This document shows, piece after piece, positions 14,501 through 25,200 of a stretch of DNA of 64,000 nt. The stretch's first letter is position 1; the number at the start of each line of letters is the position of its first letter. The notes under the pieces were generated by a model. It saw only the letters and a list, made by a program, of their open reading frames with translations. It was not told where the DNA came from and searched no databases. The stretch lies in assembly GCA_965153285.1 (NCBI GenBank), contig OZ229110.1, one strand, 5' to 3'. The DNA is from Podarcis tiliguerta (taxonomy: Eukaryota). The position numbers and the translations under genes were made by a program.

Positions 14501-14847
14501 TCCTGCTAGACTAGAGAGATACATGAGCTCACACCGGCACTGGGAGCACAGACAGAGGGTGGGTGCAGCTCTCACCATTGAATAGGATCGAGGTAAAGAC
14601 CTTTGTCACTGGTTTCATATTCCCATCCCACCGTTTTAGAAATTTGACACCCTAGTTGGAGAAGGTGGTGGTCAGATGAGTGGAGGCCAGAAGCAGCGGA
14701 TTGCTATTGCTCGTGCTTTGGTTCGAAACCCCAAAATCCTGCTACTGGACATGGCTACATCAGCACTGGACAACAAAAGCGAAGCTACAGTGCAAGAGGC
14801 CCTTCATAAGGTTTGGCATATTTAATGAGTGGGCAGATGGGCAGGGG

Positions 14848-14879
<32 letters not shown>

Positions 14880-17800
14880 TCAATATCATGGAGGTGGGGG
14901 TAGGAAACTTTTAAAAACACACACACCCTCTTAAGTATAATCTCCTTAATGGTAGAGATTAGTCTCTTCTCCCCTCCACAACTTTCTTTTTATAATAAGT
15001 TTACAAGATACAAAATTATGGTGAGGTGTGGTTAGGAGAGCTAATGTGACATAGTGATTATAGTGCCAGAGTAGGAGTGGGAATCCGATATTCAACCCTC
15101 ACATTCAGGCAGTCACAATCTCTGATGTGAGGATGAGATCAGAGTGGGGAAGAGAAAGAGGAAAAGGGCAGGCTAAAATCCAGTTAGCAACAACAACGAC
15201 AACAGTGCTATTCAGAGCTTTGCATTTGCTCCAATGCACAATTGGTGTTCTCTGGGTGTTCTTGAAATGAACGGAGAAGCCTTTAGGAGCAAGGCTGTGC
15301 TCTCTGGAACTTGTTGCGTGTTTCCATAAGAAAATCATTAGAGTGGATGTGAGGTTCTACAGCCTAGAACCTCACATCAACCCATTAACCAACAAACGTG
15401 CATGCAGTTTCCAGAATTGTTAGGCTTGTTAGCAGTGGAAACCTGGGGAGGGAGCAGTGCCAGATCAGAAGCTCGACCTGTGGTGGGGAAGAGTTTACCC
15501 CAAAGACTTTCCCAACACAGCTCTCAAAGAGCTGTTGGGAAGAGTCATGTTGGGGATTGACATGGAAGTGGTAGTGTTTCCTGTTCTGAATGGACCCATT
15601 GAAATCCATAGGCACGACTGACTGAAGTCCTTTGATCTCAGTGGGTCTGCTCTGAGTATGTCTTAATTAAATGAAACCCACAGCTTTTAAGCTTCCAACC
15701 TTTTGTACGCATTTATATGGGAGTAGATGAGTGTTCCAATACCAGAATTGCACAGCCAGGAAGCGCACAGGCACAAAGGGTGGGTTAAAAAAGCGGGGGG
15801 GGGGGGAGGATTGTTCAGTAAATAGCAGGCAATGCTGGAGATGGGAGATAGGCATGCTGCTCTTCAAACATTTGCTTGGAAATAAATATAAATATCAGTG
15901 CTGGCGTAAGACAGCTTGACGGGCACACACAGAACGTACAGATTTCTGTGTACCAGCATTCATGTCCCTCTTCCAAGCATCTCATAGGTACCTGGTTTGC
16001 AACTGTGAGTGGCCTTGATGGGCCATTAGTCTGATCCAATAGAGCTCTTTGCATGTCCTTACACCAGTTAGGCTTCATTCCATGCTCCGTGACCGGCCAC
16101 ACACCAGTGGCGTAGCGTGGGTTGTCAGCACCCGGGGCAAGGCAAGTAATTTGCGCCCCCCCCCGCTGCACTGTCCCCCCCCCAGATAGTCCCTCACTCT
16201 CTCTCCGCACCGCACCGCACGCCTGGCACCCTCCCCTCCACAGTGGGCGGCGACCCGGCGGCTCGGATCGGATTCGCACAGCCAGCACTGCAGTGAGAGA
16301 GAGTGAGTGAGCCAGGTAGGGGCAGAGAGCTGCGAATGCGAGCGCGCCCCCCAGATGTTGCACCCGGTGCGGCCGGCCCCCCCTGCACCCCCCACGCTAT
16401 GCCACTGCCACACACACAAAAGCAAAGAGACCAAAGCCTACCTGTTTTACTCATCTGTTTGCTTCACCGATATCTCCCCCCCCATTGCTTTAGGCTCGCG
16501 TTGGGCGCACGGCCATCTCCATTGCTCACCGCTTGTCCTCAATCAGAACCGCTGATGTCATAATTGGCTTTGAGCATGGAAGAGCAGTGGAAAGGGGGAA
16601 ACACGAGGAGCTGATGGAACGGAAAGGGGTTTATTTCACACTGGTAACTTTGCAAAGCCAAGGGGACAAGGCACTCACTGACACGTCGGTGCAAAGCAAG
16701 TACCTTATTCTGCGTTTCTGAAAACGAGGTCAAGGTTTACTAACTCAAGGAATTAATTTCCTTTTCTGTACTAACACAACTATTTCCCTATGGTCCCATG
16801 AAAAATCAGTCCTACACATAGGTACAAAACAAGCTGTGCCTTATTCCAGGGTTAGATTATTTGTGCATCTATCTCTGGGTCACTGATGCACCTCTCTCTC
16901 TTTGTGTGTCGAGGTCCCCAGGGCCACCCCAATAACTCACACATCACACAGATAGTGTGATAGTTTGGGGGGGGGGCAAAGGGACATTGACCCCTAGGAG
17001 TTGGCTCCTATGTCTGCTCGCTTCTATTCTTAGTGTGGCAGCTGCTCAAGACCTTTCATGTGCTAGTGGTCTGTGCTTTGTACATGCAAAGAGCATTGTT
17101 CTTCATAGCTTCCTTTTGCAAATTCAGTGATTGCCATACAGCTCAACATGGGGTCATGGGACCATGTGTGGACAACTGATGGGCTGCTAAAGGAGCACAT
17201 CCAGGACCCTTAAAAAGCTGCTCTGCCAAAGAAGTGTACTTTAAGTTAAGCTCACGCTTTTTTTGAACTAAAGAGAATTGCTGTGCTTCAGGTAGAATAT
17301 TTAGCAAACCACCATGAAGCAAAAACTTTCAGCTTGTAACGGGTTTGCTTTATACACTGTAAACACATACCAAAATATAAGAATGGAATGGATGATCTCA
17401 CTTTCTGATAGGCTTCTTTGGCTTTGTTTTACAGCAGCCGAACCAAATCTTGAGAAAATGCAGTCTTTCGTCAGGGGAAGTTATCGGGACAGCTTGAGGT
17501 AAGCCTTTCAGTGGGGGACAAAACACAACACAATGCAGCATTGTAACAGCACGTTCCTGTTTTGCTTCAGGTGAGGAAAAAGGATGTAGCACCCCTAGAC
17601 ATATGATGATGATGATGATGATAATGATAATGATGATTTATTATTTATACCCCGCCCATCTGGCTGAGTTTCCCCAGCCACTCTGGGCGGCTCTCAATCG
17701 ACAGGCTCCCAATATGACAGGCAGCAACCAGTTTCTTTTGGAGTTTGACCTGGCAGTTTTATTTTTTTTAATGAGAATCAGCCCACCATTGAGAATGGGT

Positions 17801-19251
17801 ATTCTTTGAACTGGCAAAGGGACAGGAGCAGAAGGCTTGTTAATTAATAATAGTTGATTGATTGATTGATTGATTGATTGATTTTTAAGTTTTGTGCAAA
17901 CAAATCGGGATGAAGGCTTAATACTGTGAATAGGTTTGTCTGGGGGAGCCCTTATTTGGAAGTTTCCCCTTTGAACTCAGTGGGACTTACTTCTGAGCAA
18001 ACATGTCAAGCTTTGTGCCATAAATCTCAGGATATAGGTATAGTAAGTATTTCCGTAAACTATGGTCGTGATAAGTAATAACGCTAGATGCAAACTCCTT
18101 AAACTGCTGTTCCTAAGACTTCACCTTTTCTCTTTATTCTTTCATAGAGCTTCCCTTCGACAGCGTTCCAGATCTCAGTTGTCAAATATAGTACCGGACC
18201 ACCCAATGTCAGTTGCCCAGAACCATTCGGAGCATATCTATAGCACCGGGCAGTATGAAGAAGATGGCAGTCCATTTAAGAAGGTCATTATTTGACAAAA
18301 ACATCCATTTTGTTTCCTTTCTCTGGTCCTCTTGAAAAGCTCGCTGTATAACCCTTCCTCGAAGTTTCTACAGGGCAGCACGGAAAGAAGAATATCAACA
18401 TATTTGCCCGTTTTCTCTTTTAGGAGCCAACGGCTGTAAAAGTGGAAGAAGTGAAGCCTGCTAATGTTACCAGAATTCTGAAATACAATGCTCCTGAATG
18501 GCCCTACATGCTGATTGGATCCCTTGGAGCAGGCTTCAACGGGGCAGTCAACCCACTCTATGCCTTGCTTTTCAGTCAGATTCTTGGAGTAGGTCATGAC
18601 CAATTTCCTCCTTCTTGTATTGAATATGGTTTTTCACTACCCTTGTATTATGCAGGACAACTGCGTGCCAACAGTGTGCCATTTCCAATATTTTGGCTTG
18701 CTGTTTTTAGTAGTTTTTGAACATTCGTGGTCATTTGCCCAATTCCCATGCAGAACACCAGGTTGGGGGAGGGGGCTGTTGACAATTGGCTCTCCCAGCA
18801 GACCCCAAGGACCGGGCAGCTGCATTCCAGAATCTTGAGGTTCATAGGCTTCTGGGGGTGCTCTGGAATTCATTGGTGGTGGTGTGGAGAGGTCTATCTT
18901 GGGAAGGAGGGTCTTCTGTTACAATGACAGGCCCACCAACAGTTTTGTAAACTGTTGGAGAATGTATGATTGAAACTTGTGGGTTGAGTCAGTTGCAAAA
19001 AAAGACATGACTGTTTCCTCAAAAGACCCATAAACACCAGTACTCTGGAGATGAGCAGGGGGTTTGGGGTCTTGCATTAAGAGCCAGTTTCATGCATTCT
19101 AGGAGGGGGACATATTTCCATATGATAAAGGAGACATTTCAGATCTCCAAAGGGTTTCATTTTTCTTTCTACTTTAAAGCAGTTATTTGAGCAGCAGCAC
19201 TGGGGGGGGGGGGGTCCAGCCTTGTCTTCCATACATTTCTCGATTGAAATT

Positions 19252-19294
<43 letters not shown>

Positions 19295-22200
19295 CATCCT
19301 GCAACTGGCCCTGCTGGGAGTGGAGAGGGGGAGACAGGCATAATTCAGGTACCTCTCTTCCCCCATACCTCAGTACTGTTAATTTGATTAAGTTTGGAGC
19401 ATCCCTCCACCTCACACCAATGGCTACTTTCAAGAGAAACAAGTAGAAGACTCTGAGTCTTGTTTGTTTGGCAAATTCCCCTGAGTTCACAGAGACATCT
19501 CCCCATAAAACAGTGCATTGGACTGCAACCTTAAATCTGAAAAGAGAAGAATGATTATATGCCCTCTTCCCCTTGATAAATTGTCCCATTCCATGGCATC
19601 CTAGTAATCATAAATAGCTCAGTCATTAGAGCATGAAACTCTTAATCTCAGGGTCCTGGGTTCGAGTCTTACATTAGGTGAAAGATTCCTGTATTGCCAG
19701 GGGTTGGGCTAGATAGCCCTCATGCTCCCTTCCAACTCTACAATTCTATGATTCTATAAAGAAGTGAGCAATATAATAAGGGTCTGCTTTTCTACATTTA
19801 CAATATTCCAGAAAATACTTTATCCCTTTTCTACCTGACTGAAGTATGGAGGCATTTTATTATTAGACAGTAAACTCACAGACACAATAGCCAGTGCTGG
19901 TGGTGAATTAAATTCACCGGCACTAAAGCCACAAAGGCTTTGAACAACCCCTTTGCGTGGTTTTATCAAAACAACAAAACAGGCATGCTGACAGACTCCC
20001 ATGCAGGCATTATATGCTTTTAGAAAGCAAATGCATATATTGCTCCCTTTTCGCACCGTGCATTTTATAGTCACTTAAACTCAACGTTGCTCGACTTTGG
20101 GCAGCAGTATTGGTTGAAAGTTAATGCGAAGACAGCCATAATTTATTCCACTGCTCTGTTTTTTTGTGAACAAAGCATCTCCTTTTGGGAGTCAGCTAAT
20201 CCCATTTCCTAGAAAAATGAAGCACATTGGCCATCTGCAGAACACCTGTGGCAGGGGTGCCCCGCCGCCATCATTGCCACTGCAGAAGCAATAAGCAGCT
20301 GTGGTTTCTGGGATCTTATAGCTCTCTTGTGAGATCTTGACAGAACCAGGAAACCACACACTGAGCAGCCCTGGCGAGCGAGGATTTGGTGGAGGGGTAG
20401 TGGATGGCACCTTCCTGTTTCACCTTAGGTAGCAAAATGGAACACGCTCCCTCTGCCAATTGAGAGCCAGTGTGGTGTAGTGGTTAAGAGCAGTGGACTT
20501 GTAATCTGGGGAACCGGGTTCGTGTCTTTGCTCCTCCACATGCAGCTGCTGGGTGACCTTGGGCCAGTCACACTTCTCCGAAGTCTCTCAGCCTCACTCA
20601 CCTCACAGAGTGTTTGTTGTGGGGGGGGGAGGGAAAGGAGATTGTTAGCTGCTTTGAGGCTCCTTAAGGGGAGTGAAAGGCGGGATATCAAGTCTAAACA
20701 CCTCAACTAGCCCAGCATTCTGTTTTCATAGATGCCTATTGGGAAGGACACCCACAGGATTTGAGTGCAATAGATAACTACTTGTGGTTCACAATCACGG
20801 GCATCCAGAGCATACTGCCTCTAACAATGGGGCCAGAACTTGTGTCCTGATCCATCTACTTGCTACAGACACAAGGGATGGATCTACACACAGGGGGGAA
20901 ATGCTATAAATAAGTCAGAAATTAAATCTTTATAACAAAAGAAAAAAAAGCTATGGAAAATTGCTTAGAATCCCCCACCCCACCCCTTCTCTGGCTCAAT
21001 CTGGTGCTGCATATTTATAATGCATTTAGAACGCTGTTTCTTGACTAGTAGCTGAGTCCAAGGTTTCCTCTACCTATAATGTTTAGCTCCAAGGCAGATC
21101 CCTTCTTTTTAAGGGGGCAAACTTGAAGACTAGAATCCAGCTGGTGTGGGAATTGCTTCTGCTCAACTTAGTTTTTATTAAAGGATTTTCATAGTTGACA
21201 AGGGTACATACAGTCTCTGTTTGCTTCTTCTAATCAGTTTGGAGTACGTAGTTACAGATTAGTTGACTTACTAAGATTTGCCCTGCATAGACAAACATCA
21301 AATGGGAACACAAGCACGTGTTTCATGACCTGGCGATAGTGTAAAAGTTAGTTAGCAAGTCTGGAAGATCAAACTTCAGAGATCAGCATTTATAGCTTGA
21401 GAGCAATTGCTTTAAAAGTTAGTGTTTAAGTCTGTTGTTGTCAACATGCCTGTGAACTGGTGGCTCAAAAAACTTGTCCGAAAGACATGGGGGGTGGGGA
21501 GGGATGGATTTAATGAGCATAAAGAATGACCCCTCTTTGAGCGCTCATACTTTTTCCTATTGGCTACTTTTCCCATTCTGCCAAAGATAACAGGTAGCTT
21601 GTTGACCTCTAAAACAAATGTCCCAAAGAGTTAACAAACAGGATCTATTGCCTCCCTTGAAGGCACACTGATTATAGTGTCTCTTAATGACACGGATGTG
21701 GGGCATGTTTATAAGAAAGCAGAAAACTTCCTGTTTTTCCATTTGAGTTTTCACACACACACACATTTAGTTTTACATTTCCCAGTGAGCATGTGATTGC
21801 AGCTGACTTTATGAGGATTAGGGGAACATTTTAAATAAATGCTTACCAAAAAAGAGGTAGTGGGAATTGCTGAGCCTTCTGCTCCTTCTCTGAAGACTTA
21901 TTAGCAGATTGAAGGGCTTTTAAAACCTGACTTTTTCAAAGACTCGCTACTTGCCAGTGTTCTCCTCTGGTTATTAGTCCTTTATGCCTCTTAAAAGCTG
22001 CATGGAAGATTTTTGTGTGGTTTCCCCCCCCCCCCCACGTCAGTGATTTGTTTGTACTTCAGTTGGGTCCAAGTTCTATGGTTTCTTGGTGCGGATTAAT
22101 CCTTTGTTTTTGAAACCCAGGTATTAAACATAGTGCCATCAGTTATGAATAGCGCACACACCATTTAAATGGGATACTTCCCTGCAGCAAATACTGAAAC

Positions 22201-25200
22201 ACAGTTTAATTTGCTGGCCTGGTATTCTCAACACTTCCTTTTTCTTAATGGTTTCAATAGTGTTTTATTATGATTATGCTATTTTTCGCCTCGAACTACA
22301 TCAAGAAAAGTAGGATAATTATTCTATATGAAACAAATACATTTCATTTTTAAAAAATAAATTTTATGAAAGCGTATAGAAAAAAATACAAAATTTTATA
22401 CATTTCCCCATTTTTTTACCAAACCAAGACTTTTATAGAGATAGAATAAAAACACAGAAATATGGGGGGGGGGGGAGATAGAGAAGGAAAAAGAAAGAAA
22501 AAACAGAAAAGAGGTTAAGAGAAAGATAGAAAAACAATATTCACGAAAAACAATATTCCACTATAGTAGAATCAAATACATTTCAGATTAGAGAGAATAG
22601 CTTCTCCTCCTGACAGATTTAAGGCCTGGCACCTCTTTATTTTTTTAGTACCAAGCTGTACTTAGGTAGAGGAAACGTCCCTTATAAAAAAAATATCTAT
22701 AGCTTATTGTTTACATTTGGGGAAATTCAATCGTAGCACCATTTAAATCAATAAACCTCCACTGATGTGAGGCTATGGTCAAGCTGTCCTTTAAGAAGTG
22801 CTGTAAGGTAAAGGTAAAGGACCCCTGCCCATACGGGCCAGTCTTGACAGACTCTAGGGTTGTGCGCCCATCTCACTCAAAGAGGCCGGGGGCCAGCGCT
22901 GTCCAAAGACACTTCTGGGTCACGTGGCCAGCGTGACATCGCTGCCCTGGCAAGCCAGAGCTGCACATGGAATCGCTGTTTACCTTCCCGCTAGTAAGCG
23001 GTCCCTATTTATCTACTTGCACCCGAGAGTGCTTTCGAACTGCTAGGTTGGCAGGCGCTGGGACCGAACAACGGGAGCGCACCCCGCCGCGGGGATTCAA
23101 ACCGCCGACCTTTTGATCGGCAAGCCCTAGGCGCTGAGGCTTTAACCCACAGCACCACCCGCGTCCCTGATAAGAAGTGCTGTACTAGGGGGCAAAATTT
23201 GCTTGCAGCACTCCATTGAAATCTCACACGAGCAATACTCAAGGCAACTGTAAAACCAAAATGGGCTAAATCAGGGGTACCCAATACAATGACCCCCTAC
23301 AACTCACAACAGCCATGGCCACTGGCCATGCAGGCTGTAAGTTGGAATCCAATAACATCTGCAGGCTACCCATGGGCTAGATTGCATGATCCTATGATTT
23401 CCAATATCATTGCAATCATGTGACATGAATTCTGAAGTAGAGACTCTCAATTCACTGCTTAGAGATGATTATAATGAAGCCGTGTATAAATTGCCTAAAT
23501 AGATAATAAAATTATACTGTTTTAGTTGGCACTTAATATTATGGCCCTTTCTTTTCTTTCCCAAAAGACCTTTTCTATCCTGGATGAAGAAGAACAAAGA
23601 TTACAGATCAACGGCATCTGCCTGCTCTTTGTATTGGTTGGAGTGATATCCTTTTTTACACAGTTTTTACAGGTAAATGACCATTAAGATTGGCTCTTCC
23701 GTTGCTTTTCTTTTCTCGTTTTTAGGTGCCTTGTGGCTGGCATGTCTAGACTTACACATTCTTTAAATGCATTTCAGGGATATACATTTGCAAAGTCCGG
23801 TGAGCTGCTTACAAGACGGCTAAGGAAGGTTGGCTTCGAGGCCATGCTAGGTGAAGAAATTGGTTGGTTTGATGACCACAGGAACAGCCCAGGGGCTTTG
23901 ACCACAAGACTAGCAACTGATGCCTCTCAGGTTCAAGGGGTAAGAGATTTTATATAAAAGTAGCTAACGCACTTCAGATACTGCCACATCAGCTGGGCAT
24001 CCACTCAATGAAATTGAGACAAGATAATTATTGTCATGGGTTTATTGGATAAAGCATGTTCTTCTTCATGGAGAGCACATGTTGCGGTGGGGTCTAGCAA
24101 GGTGGGGTCTTGGTTGCTGGGTGGGACAATTTGGATGGCCATGACTGTGATTGGGCTATTTTGGGTTGTAGGGGAGATTTTGATGTTACCATTTAGTGAG
24201 TTGGCCCAAAGGTTAGATATTCTCTGCATGCAGCATGGTGCGGCCTCTTTTGCTGTGTGCATCGGATTGCCTGCCCACCCTCCCTAATTTAGGGCTGTTG
24301 CGTTTGACCTTGCTATGCCTGTCATGGGGTCGTCTGCTTTTGGGGCAGGGGCCTGGCAGAAATTTTGTCCATTTGGCAGATTGGCTGGTGTCATTTGGTT
24401 TTTGCCTACTGCATAGCAAATTGTCACAACTTGTAAGGTTGCGATTAGGCATTGGTTAAAATTTGGTTAGTGGAGGGGTAAGGGTTGGCTGTGCCTGGCC
24501 CTCCAATGCTGCTGCTGCATGGGAATTCCGTTAAAGGAATCCAGGGGCTCACCATGCTTTTGTCTGAATCCCTGGCAAGGGGCTTGGGCCACACAAGTCC
24601 CTGGGAGCATGCGGGGAGGGGTGAGGGTGTGGTGCCCAGCCCCATTCTCTCCCCAAAATGTTTTCCCTTACTGACTTTCGCAGGTTTCCAGAAGTCAGTT
24701 CTGTCCCGGGGCGGGGGACAAATAGTCGTAACCCGTGTCTAAGCAACCACTCACATTATGTATTTCAAGAAAGTTGTGGCCAAAAATTATGCCAAAAACC
24801 TTAAATAAAAAATTCTGTGTGAATTGTGATTTATTTAGGGGGTGGCTTGGGGACCTCGACACGCAAACATGCCTCTGAAACTCCATAGAAATGAAAGCTG
24901 CTGGTAAGGTGATTTTAAGGAGAAAAAATGGCTGTTTCACACCTTAAATTTTTTTTTTACACTGGAGCATCTTTTAGCATTCAACTTTCAGCCAAAACTA
25001 TAAGGCCTAGTTCTCACTGAAATGATAAAGCTGTGTCTCAGTTGTACCATTTCGTTCCCAAGCGCAGGCTTACATGATGGAATGATTCTTCACAGATTAA
25101 ATTCAAAGATTCCTACACAAAAAACCAAGCACATCAAGGAACAGTCTAGGACTCTTCCCCCTAATGTTCAATTTCCCATGTACAGAGGCGATGGGGGTGT

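Noticed and set aside
14751-14753. Walker B Glu-to-Met as a sign of pseudogenisation
   Set aside because: This is the normal, conserved degenerate site of ABCB11.
15815-16563. Overlapping ORFs on both strands
   Set aside because: Caused by the GC-rich hAT MITE and out-of-frame reading of an ABCB11 exon.
19615-19690. Functional tRNA-Lys gene
   Set aside because: Acceptor stem is broken and the sequence runs into a CR1-type tail; it is a SINE.
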